Origin: Thermoanaerobaculia bacterium
GTDB taxonomy: Bacteria; Acidobacteriota; Thermoanaerobaculia; Multivoradales; JAIOJS01
Assembly (NCBI GenBank): GCA_963806095.1
Contig: CAWDWV010000002.1
Coordinates: forward strand, 1,781,424-1,845,423
DNA length: 64,000 bases
Reading direction: 5' to 3'
Part shown: positions 41,359 through 50,040 of the stretch, piece by piece
How the letters are laid out: each line of letters opens with the position of its first letter
Position numbering within the stretch: position 1 is the stretch's first letter
The notes under the pieces: generated by a model
What the model was told of the DNA's origin: nothing
Database searches by the model: none
Seen by the model: the letters and a program-made list of their open reading frames with translations, nothing else
Program-made: the position numbers and the translations under genes

Positions 41359-41490
41359 ATGACCAATTCGCGCGCTCGCCACGCCTACCGGGCGTTCTTC
41401 GCCCTGACCGCGCTCCTCGCCGCCGCCCCGGCTGCCGCGGGCTGCGGCGAGGCGGGCGCGGCGAAGTGGCGCGCTCGCGTTCTACCGGCT
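41359..41490 (+). pseudogene. 5' fragment of a secreted protein gene
   Basis: GGAGGGAG upstream plus signal peptide MTNSRARHAYRAFFALTALLAAAPAAAG; coding character is lost after about 41490. Confidence 0.5.
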
Positions 41491-41594
41491 AGACCGACGC
41501 AACTCGTGCCGGAGACCAACGTACTAGCATCAGCCAGCGGAACCCGCCGCCGATGTCAGTGCTCGACCCCGACTCGGATGCGACCCCGACGACT

Positions 41595-41613
41595 CGGATG
41601 CCATGCACCAGTC
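41595..41613 (-). repeat. RAYT-associated REP copy B (inverted)
   Basis: Reverse complement GACTGGTGC-ATG-GCATCCG. Confidence 0.7.
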
Positions 41614-41843
41614 GTCAGAAGATGAGGGCCGAAGAGCCGCTGAGAGGCATCAAGAGCCCGCGCTGGAGTAGGTGCTAGGTCGTCGGCGGTGAAGGGGCCG
41701 CTTTCGGCGGGAGGCGATGGCGGTTTGGAGCCGCGCCGGGAGCCAGTGGCCGCTCCATTTGACCTCGCCAAGCAGAGGAGGCCGTCGAGCTGCAACAGCC
41801 CGGGGGTTAGTTCGATTCTGGAGGCGAGGTCGGGAGCGTCTGC

Positions 41844-42764
41844 TCAGCCGCTTCTGCAGAACGGCAGCGGAGGTGGGAAGCAGCCAGCCGGGAAGACGAC
41901 CTCTCGGCAGCCACTTCTCAGCCGGTGGGCGGCAATGCGGAAAGCAGCGAGGAACGAGAAGTAGGCGGCGCGGATCTCGATGCGCGCCCGTTTACTAGCG
42001 GCATGCACGAGCGGAGCGGGCGAGCGATCGCTCTTCGAGGGACGATCGTGCGGGTCTTGGCGCAGGATGCCGGCCTTGCCGAGGGGCCTGCCACCCTCGC
42101 CGCGGTGACGCGCCGCGGCCTGCTGTTCGATGTCAGCGATCAGGTCGGTGACGCGCTTCTGTATGGCCTGCGGCGCAAGGCGCTTCCAGCAAGGTAACGG
42201 TGCGAGGACGAGCTGGTGGAAGGTAGCGAAGCCGTCGCGCGGAGATTCATCGCCGCTTAGTTTCGCGAGCCACTCCTGGTGGCGATCGAACCAGATGCCG
42301 TCGCAGACCTTCCCAGTGGACAGGGCCTCGGCGCAGTGAGCGCCGGGCCAGTCGCTGAGTCTCGCCACCAGCCCTTCCTTGCAGCCGTGGGCGAGCAGAT
42401 AGCGCAGCCGGCTGACCTGAGCCTCCTCCTCGGTGCTCACGGCAATGGCCTGGTAGCGGCGCTGCAGCAGCGGGCCATGCCAGCGGTGGAGGCGCCCGGC
42501 CTCCTTCGAGAGGTTGGTGTTGACGTAGCAGCAGAAGCGGGCGAGCTCGCGAGCGTCTTTGGGTGTCACCAGGGCGTGCCAGTGATTGGAGAGGCAGACG
42601 AAGGCGTGGACCTCAACTTCGCACAGCGCGGCGGCCCGCGCCAGGATACCGACGAAGATCTCCCGCAAGCCCGCCGAGGGCTTGAGCAGGAATCGTCCCT
42701 GGAGGGTCCTGGTGGTGACCTCGACCAGTTGCCGGTCGGGGAAGAAGCGAAGACGGCGGCCCAC
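41844..42764 (-). mobile_element. REP-associated tyrosine (HUH/Y1) transposase, RAYT-like
   Basis: VEVTTRT, FVCLSNHWHALV (HUH), LLQRRY, LRYLLAHGCKEGLV (catalytic Tyr), WPG; flanked by REPs. Confidence 0.88.
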
Positions 42765-42843
42765 ACGGCTACAAACGGAATTCACGCGGTGAACCTAGCG
42801 CTGCCACTCACGCCTCCGTCACAGTTCCGGACGTTGCACCGCT

Positions 42844-42870
42844 ACTCGTGACTGGTGCGTGGCACCGGGT
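42844..42870 (+). repeat. RAYT-associated REP copy C
   Basis: ACTCGTGACTGGTGC-GTG-GCACCGGGT. Confidence 0.85.
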
Positions 42871-42915
42871 CCCGGGTCCTGGTTCTCTTCCCGTTAAGAT
42901 CCCGTCGGTTCTGCC

Positions 42916-43608
42916 ATGAAACCGTTCGAGACCCTGGCCCGCGAGCGGACTCCCGATGGTGAGGAGTTGACGCTCACCAGCCGCGACGGCGACTACTTCC
43001 TCAATCTCGGGGGTTCGACCCTGATGACGAGCCGCGCCCACGGCTCCGAGCTCGCCCTGGCGAGCCTGGCCTGCCGGGACCTCGCCGCCCAGACGGGGCG
43101 CTCCCGCCCGCGCGTGCTGATCGGCGGCCTGGGCTTCGGCTACACGGTGCGCGCGGCGCTCGACAGCCTACCGCCGCGAGCCGAGGTCTCGGTGTGGGAA
43201 CTTTCCGCCATGGTGCTGGCGGCCAACCAAGGCGAGTTGGTCGCCCTGGCCGGCCGACCGCTCGCGGACACGCGGGTGAATGTGACCCAGGGTGACGTGC
43301 GGCAGGCGCTCGGCAAGGAGCGCTTCGATGCCATCCTGCTCGACGTCGACGACGGGCCCGCATCCTTCAGCCTTCAACGCAACAAGGGGCTCTACTCGGA
43401 CGCGGGCCTGGCTCTGCTGGCGCGTAGCCTTGTACAGGCGGGAGTCTTGGCGGTGTGGTCGATGGCGCCGGACGAGGCCTTCGGGCGTCGACTCACCGCC
43501 GCCGGTTTCGATCTCCAGGTGCACACCGTACGCGGCGGCGCCAGCGGCCGCGGCGTCCGGCACACGATCTTTCTCGCCCGGCAGCCAGCTCACGGTCGCG
43601 ATCGGTGA
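42916..43608 (+). CDS. Spermidine synthase-like SAM-dependent methyltransferase
   Basis: LMTSRAHGSE, VLIGGLGFGYT, DAILLDVDDGP, GVLAVWS. Confidence 0.88.
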   Translation: MKPFETLARERTPDGEELTLTSRDGDYFLNLGGSTLMTSRAHGSELALASLACRDLAAQTGRSRPRVLIGGLGFGYTVRAALDSLPPRAEVSVWELSAMVLAANQGELVALAGRPLADTRVNVTQGDVRQALGKERFDAILLDVDDGPASFSLQRNKGLYSDAGLALLARSLVQAGVLAVWSMAPDEAFGRRLTAAGFDLQVHTVRGGASGRGVRHTIFLARQPAHGRDR

Positions 43609-43720
43609 CGACGAGCGGCGGCTTCCGAAGTGGCTGGCACCAGCGATTCGGCGATTCGGCCGTGCCCTCAACGAGCGCCATGGCGGCGCCGCCTGGGTCA
43701 CGGTTTCGGGGATGCCCGTC

Positions 43721-43762
43721 ACTCGTGACTGGTGCACTCGTGACTGGTGCATGGCACCGGGG
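43721..43762 (+). repeat. RAYT-associated REP copy D with duplicated 15-nt 5' half
   Basis: ACTCGTGACTGGTGC ACTCGTGACTGGTGC-ATG-GCACCGGGG. Confidence 0.85.
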
Positions 43763-43778
43763 TTGAGTGGGTTGAGTG

Positions 43779-44101
43779 GTGCTGCAGTCGATCGGCGCCC
43801 AGCTCGTGCAGGTGGCGCCCTCTGTCTGCAGCGCACCAACGACCCCTACGCGCTTCGCCTCGAGCTCGCCGGGCGGACCGTCACCCTCGCGTGGGACGAT
43901 CGCTTCCAGGGCGAGAAACGCTGGGAAGTCGAGCAGCTGCAGCGCAGCGGCAAGTACAAGCGCGTCCGCGTGCTGCCGGCCAACGCCACCGGCGTTGCCA
44001 TCCCCGGCCAGAAGCCCGGGACCACGGCTTTCCGAGTGCGCGCGCAGATCGGCAGGGACTTCGCCGAGTACTCGGCGGTGGTCGAGATCGCGATTCCCTG
44101 A
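43779..44101 (+). pseudogene. Diverged duplicate of the M12 protease 3' end (39645-39968)
   Basis: By-eye alignment gives about 25 substitutions plus one indel in about 324 nt; no 5' part or ribosome-binding site. Confidence 0.92.
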
Positions 44102-44136
44102 GGCGACCCGGGCGCCTCCAAGGGAGCCGGCGAGCC

Positions 44137-44163
44137 ACTCGTGACTGGTGCGTAGCACCGGGT
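44137..44163 (+). repeat. RAYT-associated REP copy E
   Basis: ACTCGTGACTGGTGC-GTA-GCACCGGGT. Confidence 0.85.
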
Positions 44164-44169
44164 GCTGGT

Positions 44170-44440
44170 GCTGGTGGACCGGCGACGGCAAGCCCACCAT
44201 CGTGCGTCATAGTTACGGGAAAGGGACGGTGATTCTCTTCGCCTACCACCCGGCGGTGCTCATCGGCAGCGACGCCGACGGGGTGGTGATGAGCTACTCC
44301 TACGACGAAGGGACGATCGCCTGGGACGTCGGCGACTGACGCTGGAGCGCATCGCGCTCGACAGCTGGAACGTGGTGCACGCCGCGCCGCGGACCGCTTG
44401 CGGGCGGCCGGTGACGCCGGTCACCGAGCTGCCGGAGTAG
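44170..44440 (+). pseudogene. 3' gene fragment, class I glutamine amidotransferase-like / BPL-N-like
   Basis: GDGKPTIVRHSYGKGTVILFAYHP with host-like codon use, no start, begins right after REP E. Confidence 0.5.
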
Positions 44441-44468
44441 GGCGCCGCTCCGGTCCGCCGGTTGCGGC

Positions 44469-45497
44469 TCAAGTGCCGACGAATCGCACTAGCGAGTCGG
44501 AGATGCGCCGGAACACGCGCGTTGACGCGCTTCGCCGTGCCGGCCGGGGTCGCGTCCAATCGCGCAGCGATCGGCGGTGCTCGCGCAGCGGGTCGAACGC
44601 GACCGCTGCCGGCTCGACGAAAAAGCCGTAACCGCGGCTCGAGGTCCTCGCCAGGAGCGGGACCATCGGCACGCGCGAGGCGAGGAGAGCCGCTGCCTCG
44701 GCACCGAGAGCGCCGTGCTCCTGGACGTGCATCGCGATGCCGTGACGCACCCAGCCCGCCAGGCGGTCATCGGTGGTTGCCAGCAGACGATCGAAGCCGC
44801 GCAGCCAGCGCTGCTCGTCGGGGGGGTCGCGCCGAAAGCGGTACCAGGCAAGGCCCAGCCGCCGTCGCACGTCGGGGGCTCGAAGATCGGCGTGGCCGGA
44901 GACGTAAAGCCCGTAAGCGCGTTGGCGAGCGGCTCGCGTCGGGCTCAGGTCTCGGAAATCCCAGATCTGGCTACAGGACTGTGATCGCCGCACGTCCAGC
45001 ACGGCAATCCTGCCCCAGGGCCCCGTTGTTGATCGGTGAGGAGTCGCGGCCGCGAACCCGGCGGCGACGTGGAGACTGGACGTAAAGTCGATCAGCGCGG
45101 TGGGAAGGCCGTAGTGCTGGCAGAAGGCGAGTCCCTCGTAGGTCGCCGCCACACCCAGCCACTGCAGGCTGGTGATCGTCTCGACCTCAGTGAGGTACGG
45201 CAGAACCAGGCGGTGGACGACTTGGCGGTGGACGAAGTCGGCCACCGCCTCGACTTCGGCCGAGCACGCTGGCGACCCGGCTCGCAACCGCACCAATCCG
45301 CTGGTGGAACGCGGAAAGCACTCGGGCTCGCCGCGGAAAAGCCAGCGCGGGAAGCGGGCGCGGGGCTCCAACTCGCCGGTGTCGATGTCGCGGCTTCCGA
45401 CCAGATACCTCCGCGGGTAGCGAGTCCGCAGGTGCTCGACGCAAGCGGACAGCGACGGGAACTGGCGTTCGTACTCAGGTCGTGTAGCGGCGGCCAT
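44469..45497 (-). CDS. FRG domain protein
   Basis: WLFRGE, QHYGLPTALIDFTSSLHVAAGFA, RAARQRA. Confidence 0.9.
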   Translation of the reverse strand: MAAATRPEYERQFPSLSACVEHLRTRYPRRYLVGSRDIDTGELEPRARFPRWLFRGEPECFPRSTSGLVRLRAGSPACSAEVEAVADFVHRQVVHRLVLPYLTEVETITSLQWLGVAATYEGLAFCQHYGLPTALIDFTSSLHVAAGFAAATPHRSTTGPWGRIAVLDVRRSQSCSQIWDFRDLSPTRAARQRAYGLYVSGHADLRAPDVRRRLGLAWYRFRRDPPDEQRWLRGFDRLLATTDDRLAGWVRHGIAMHVQEHGALGAEAAALLASRVPMVPLLARTSSRGYGFFVEPAAVAFDPLREHRRSLRDWTRPRPARRSASTRVFRRISDSLVRFVGT

Positions 45498-45532
45498 GCG
45501 TCCGGCCTCATGGGCCGTTCTTCAGCAGCCTC

Positions 45533-46057
45533 CTAGCTGTTGTCCCGGACCGTCAACGTTAGCTCGAGCTTCGGCTCGCCCTCGGTGAACGCTTCGTCGA
45601 GCAGGGCGTCTGTGAGTGGGATGAGAATCCTGAACGGCGTAGCCCTCTCCTCCTCGGCGCTGATCGAGCGGGCCGTGCCGCTCGCATACGCTTTCTCACC
45701 CCTGATCAGCCGCAATCCGATGTCGACCCACCGATCGTAGGAGTCGCCGACGAAGACCGCGCCCGTCACCGCCAGGGCGATCCCCCGCTGCTTGCGCGGC
45801 CCAGTCACTACCTTCTCGACCGCGAGCGAGATGAGCGACACGTCCCCGTCGCAGACGTACTTGCGTAAGTTTGGAAGCCTGCGCTCGGTGCCCGGTTCGA
45901 GCTGGCGAACGTCCTTCAACGGGACCTCCAGCACCATCGGGGAGTCGAAGCGGACGAGGTCGGGCTCGGGCGCCGTGCCTTGTCGCGCGGTGACCTGGGC
46001 CAGGACGGGTACGGTGCTGAGGAGAAGTGAAACCATCGTCATCGCGGTACGCATCAT
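45533..46057 (-). CDS. Secreted hypothetical protein
   Basis: Signal peptide MMRTAMTMVSLLLSTVPVLA; ATGA overlap with the upstream ORF stop. Confidence 0.7.
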   Translation of the reverse strand: MMRTAMTMVSLLLSTVPVLAQVTARQGTAPEPDLVRFDSPMVLEVPLKDVRQLEPGTERRLPNLRKYVCDGDVSLISLAVEKVVTGPRKQRGIALAVTGAVFVGDSYDRWVDIGLRLIRGEKAYASGTARSISAEEERATPFRILIPLTDALLDEAFTEGEPKLELTLTVRDNS

Positions 46058-46839
46058 TCCCGGTCTCGCTCCTGCTTCGTTGGTAATTCGATCAAGGCAG
46101 CTTCGCCATCCGCGAGGCCGCCGATAGCGTCCGCCACTTGAGTCGACATCTCGTCGCGAGCCGTGCTCCCGCGATTGTCGAAGATTTCGACCCACAGGTC
46201 GTCGGCGGCTCGCAGGACCCCGAGCTCAACGAACGACGGCTTCGACGTGTCGTCGGCGTAGAACGGCCGAGAGAAGCAGAACGTTCCGGGGTGGAACCGG
46301 CAGTAACGCTCCATGGCGCGGTAGACCTTGCCTTCGGGCGACCAGCCGCGGTTCAACGCCCGCCGTTGTATGAAGACGTTGACCTCTGTTCCGTCGACGC
46401 TGCCGCCCACCTCGTGCCCGATGTAATGACCCTTGTCCCAGGCGGGACCGAACTGGGCGTTGGTCCTGCCGATGAAGCCGCGCAGCCGCGCGTCGTCCCG
46501 CGAGCGCTTACGCGGCCGTGGCGCCGACGTGCCCAGAACACCCACGAGCCGCGCCTCGGCCGTCGAGCTCAGCGGCACGTCGGCACGAGCCTCGAGACTG
46601 GCGAGGTCGTCGTAGATGTACTCAAACGCTCCGAGGCGAATGCGGTCGATTCGCGTCGGGCGTGGAGTCATCGAGAGGTACGCATCGCCCCAGGAGTAGG
46701 GAAGCTCCTCGGACAGATAGGCGATCAATGAAGCGAGTTCGTTGATACCGGCGTGCTTGAGAATCGCGCGATAGTCGATCAACGCTTCGACGCAGGGCGA
46801 TACAGGTGGTCCTGCGATCGGCCCTAACCAGGCTGGCAT
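46054..46839 (-). CDS. DNA/RNA non-specific (His-Me finger) endonuclease
   Basis: DKGHYIGHEVGG...NVFIQRRALNRG. Start uncertain. Confidence 0.8.
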   Translation of the reverse strand: MPAWLGPIAGPPVSPCVEALIDYRAILKHAGINELASLIAYLSEELPYSWGDAYLSMTPRPTRIDRIRLGAFEYIYDDLASLEARADVPLSSTAEARLVGVLGTSAPRPRKRSRDDARLRGFIGRTNAQFGPAWDKGHYIGHEVGGSVDGTEVNVFIQRRALNRGWSPEGKVYRAMERYCRFHPGTFCFSRPFYADDTSKPSFVELGVLRAADDLWVEIFDNRGSTARDEMSTQVADAIGGLADGEAALIELPTKQERDRE

Positions 46840-46871
46840 AGCGTCAGCTTACTGGCTCACGCCCCTTGAAT

Positions 46872-47858
46872 TCACCCGAGCTTCTTCAGCGCATCCCTCG
46901 CGTCGTCGAGCTTCGGATCGAGCCTGATCGCGGCCTGGTACTCCGCCCGCGCCCCTGCCTTGTTGCCCTGCTTCTCGAGGATCATCCCCAGCCGGTAGTG
47001 GGCGTTGGCGAGCGGCGGCGATTCGGAATCGGGCGTGTGGCCGAGGTAGCGCTTCAGGGCGGCGGCGCCGCGGTCGAGGCGTTTGCCGGAAAGCGCGGCG
47101 GTGCGGCCGATTTGGTAGAGGGCGTTCCAGGCGTCGGGGTCGGCGGCGAGCATCGCTTCGTAGACGTCGAAGGCGGCGTCCCAGCGCTCCTGGCTTTGGT
47201 AGAAGAGGCCGAGGGCGTTGCGCAGACGAGGCTCGCCCGGTTGCTTCGCCAGCGCCTCTTGCAGGATGCGCTCGGCGGCCGCGGGGTCTTTCTGGTCGAG
47301 CGCGATGCTGGCGCGGGCGGTGGCGCCGCGCACGGCGTCGCGCTTGGCGATCTCGCCGGCCTGCTCGCGGGCCTTGTCGACGCTGCCGCCCATGAAGCCC
47401 GGGGCGATGAGGTAGAAGGTGATGAGATCCGACCGCGCGTCGAGGTTTCCGGGGTCGAGCTCGACGGCCTTGAGCCATGCGGCGTGCGCGTTCTTCGCCA
47501 GCCCCGACTTGCGCAGCAGGCTCGCCTCCTGGGCGGCGGTGCCGTAGGCACGCGCCAACCACAGTTGGACGTCGCTGCGGCGAGGCGCCAGCTTGGCGGC
47601 CTTCTCCAGCCATTCGACGGCGTCGTCCGTCTGGCGCAGGGCGGCCAGTGTGCGGCCCAGGTAGTACGCCGCATCGGCGTCTTTGGGGTGGGCGGCGGCG
47701 TAGGGCGCGAAGAGCTTCCGGGCCTCCTCGTAGCGGCGGGCCTCGAAGGCCTGGATGCCGGGAGCGAGCGGGCCGGTCGCGGGGGTGGCGGCGCTCGCAG
47801 CCGACGCAAGGAGCATGAGCAGCAGGGCGGCCAGGGCCGACGAGCGGATTCGTTTCAT
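46872..47858 (-). CDS. Secreted tetratricopeptide repeat protein
   Basis: Signal peptide, GGAGG upstream, TPRs, APGFMGGS. Confidence 0.88.
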   Translation of the reverse strand: MKRIRSSALAALLLMLLASAASAATPATGPLAPGIQAFEARRYEEARKLFAPYAAAHPKDADAAYYLGRTLAALRQTDDAVEWLEKAAKLAPRRSDVQLWLARAYGTAAQEASLLRKSGLAKNAHAAWLKAVELDPGNLDARSDLITFYLIAPGFMGGSVDKAREQAGEIAKRDAVRGATARASIALDQKDPAAAERILQEALAKQPGEPRLRNALGLFYQSQERWDAAFDVYEAMLAADPDAWNALYQIGRTAALSGKRLDRGAAALKRYLGHTPDSESPPLANAHYRLGMILEKQGNKAGARAEYQAAIRLDPKLDDARDALKKLG

Positions 47859-47973
47859 GGCGCCTCCTCGGTGACGGCAGAGAGTCGACACCAGAGATAC
47901 GAACGGCGGGGGCGCCAGGTTCCAGCGGGATCCGGCGACGGGTGCCGGTCCGCCCGCGCGAGCGGAACACCCG

Positions 47974-48192
47974 TCAGCGGCCGAACCGACCCAACACCCA
48001 CAACACCACCGTCAACAGGATGCTCAGCAGCAGCGAAGTGCCGCACGGCAGGAACACCCGCACGTTGCCCTTGTCCCACGCGAAGTCGCCGGGCAGCCTT
48101 CCCGGGCGCCAAGGCAGGAACTGCCAGGCGAGGGCGAGCAGCACGAGCACGATGCCCAACGCCAGCAGCAGTCGCGCGCCGGGGTTCGACAC
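47974..48192 (-). CDS. DUF2905 small membrane protein
   Basis: GRLPGDF between two TM helices. Confidence 0.88.
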   Translation of the reverse strand: MSNPGARLLLALGIVLVLLALAWQFLPWRPGRLPGDFAWDKGNVRVFLPCGTSLLLSILLTVVLWVLGRFGR

Positions 48193-48211
48193 TCGCTCCT
48201 CTCGCCCCCGC

Positions 48212-49072
48212 CTAGCCGCTCTTCCAAGCCGCCGCCGTCTCGGCGACGAAGTCCTCGAACCGCCGCGGCGGGTGGCCGATGAGCCGCTCGACGCGCGCCA
48301 ACGCTTCGCCGGTTGCCTTCAGGCCATGCTCCTGGAAGAACTGGTACATCATGCGGAAGTCGTAGGCGAGCGCCGGCGGCATATAGCGCAGGTTCTGCTC
48401 CTCCCAGGCGTCGAGGTCGTCGCCGCCGTAACGCACCTCGCGGCCCATGGCGTCGCCCCACGCATTCGCGGTGCTCTCGCCGGTCCACACGTCGGGGCCG
48501 ACGAGGTCGTAGATCTCGCCCGAGTGGCCGTCGCCCGTCAACGCCGCCACCGCTCCATCGGCGATGTCGCGCACGTCGACGCGCGAGAGGCCGGCGTTAC
48601 CGAGCGGCTGCGGGTAGACGCCGTACTGGAGCATCGCGTCCTTGAACCAGTAGTCGTTCTGGTAGAAGTTGTTGGGTCTCAGCACCGTGTATTCGAGCCC
48701 GGACTTGGCGAGCGCCAGCTCGATCGGCAGCTTGCCGCCGAAGTGGGGGAGGTGCGGAGCCTGGTCGGCGTCCTGCACCGAGAGGTAGACGATGCGGCGC
48801 ACGCCGCAGTCGCGGGCGCCGTTGAAGCCCATCAAGCCCTCGTGCGTCTCGCTGGGGCTGACGACGTTGATCAGGAACAGCGCGTCGTAGCCCTTGAACG
48901 CGTTACGCACCGTCGCCGGCTCGCCGAGGTTGCCGACCACCGCCTGCGCCCCCGCCGGCACCGGCTTGTCGGCGCTGCGCGTCAGCACCGCCACCTCGTC
49001 GCCGCGCGCGACCAGCCGCTGCACCACCTGCGAGCCCACCGTCCCGGTTCCGCCCGTCACCATCACTCGCAT
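48212..49072 (-). CDS. NmrA-like NAD(P)-binding protein
   Basis: VTGGTGTVG, PHFGGK, LRPNNFYQN, VDVRDIA. Confidence 0.9.
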   Translation of the reverse strand: MRVMVTGGTGTVGSQVVQRLVARGDEVAVLTRSADKPVPAGAQAVVGNLGEPATVRNAFKGYDALFLINVVSPSETHEGLMGFNGARDCGVRRIVYLSVQDADQAPHLPHFGGKLPIELALAKSGLEYTVLRPNNFYQNDYWFKDAMLQYGVYPQPLGNAGLSRVDVRDIADGAVAALTGDGHSGEIYDLVGPDVWTGESTANAWGDAMGREVRYGGDDLDAWEEQNLRYMPPALAYDFRMMYQFFQEHGLKATGEALARVERLIGHPPRRFEDFVAETAAAWKSG

Positions 49073-49158
49073 CGCCCGGCCCTCCCGTTCGGTCGGCAGC
49101 ACGCCCGCTCGGCGCGCCACAGCCGCATCGTACCGTCCGTCTATACAATCCCTGCCGC

Positions 49159-49977
49159 ATGGCGACCAGCTCCGCCCCCTCCTCGCGCCGGGAGATCCCG
49201 GTGGTCATCCTCTGCGGCGGCCAGGGTACGCGCCTGCGCGAGGAGACCGAGCACCGCCCCAAGCCGATGGTGGAGGTGGGGCCGCGGCCGATCCTCTGGC
49301 ACATCATGAAGCTCTACGGCGCGCACGGGCTCGACCGCTTCGTGCTCTGTCTCGGCTACAAGGGGTGGGAGATCAAGCAGTACTTCCTGCGCTACAAGGA
49401 GATGCTCGGCGACTTCACCGTCTCGATGGACGGCAGCCGGCCGCCGGAGTTCCACAACGAGGACGGCCACGAGAGCTGGCGCGTCACCTGCGCCGAGACC
49501 GGCGCCGACACCGCTACCGGCGCGCGGCTCCAGCTCGTGCGGCGCTACCTCGCCGATTCGCCGACGTTCTGTCTGACCTACGGCGACGCCGTCTCCGACG
49601 TCGACATCGGCGCACTGCTCGACTTCCACCACGCGCAGGGGAGGCTCGCCACCGTCACCGGCGTGCACCCGACGTCGCGCTACGGCGAGATCGAGGTGGA
49701 TGGCTCCGGTTCGCGGGTCGTCGAGTTCGCCGAGAAGCCGGTGGCGCAGGGGCTCGTCTCGGGCGGCTTCTTCGTCTTCCAGCGCGAGGCGCTCGACTAC
49801 CTCGACGACGACCCGCAGCTGTTCCTCGAGCAGAAACCTCTTCGCGGCCTGGCGCGCGACGGGCAGCTCTCGGTCTACGTGCACGAGGGGTTCTGGCACC
49901 CGATGGACACCTACCGCGACTATCTGCACCTCAACGCGCTGTGGCGGCAGGAGCGGCCGCCGTGGAAGGTGTGGTGA
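49159..49977 (+). CDS. rfbF: Glucose-1-phosphate cytidylyltransferase
   Basis: ILCGGQGTRLREET, PKPMVEVG, TYGD, FWHPMDT, PPWKVW. Confidence 0.92.
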   Translation: MATSSAPSSRREIPVVILCGGQGTRLREETEHRPKPMVEVGPRPILWHIMKLYGAHGLDRFVLCLGYKGWEIKQYFLRYKEMLGDFTVSMDGSRPPEFHNEDGHESWRVTCAETGADTATGARLQLVRRYLADSPTFCLTYGDAVSDVDIGALLDFHHAQGRLATVTGVHPTSRYGEIEVDGSGSRVVEFAEKPVAQGLVSGGFFVFQREALDYLDDDPQLFLEQKPLRGLARDGQLSVYVHEGFWHPMDTYRDYLHLNALWRQERPPWKVW

Positions 49978-50040
49978 GGCCAGCCGGCGAGGCGCGGGCG
50001 CGGTGAGCTTCGCTCAGCGGCGCGCGGCGGGATCGGCGCC

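Noticed and set aside
39645-44101. Protease 3' duplicate as a diversity-generating retroelement TR/VR pair
   Set aside because: Differences are not adenine-specific, many are synonymous, and there is no reverse transcriptase in the window.
41267-44163. REP copies as a CRISPR array
   Set aside because: Spacing is hundreds of nt and irregular, one copy is inverted, and there are no cas genes.
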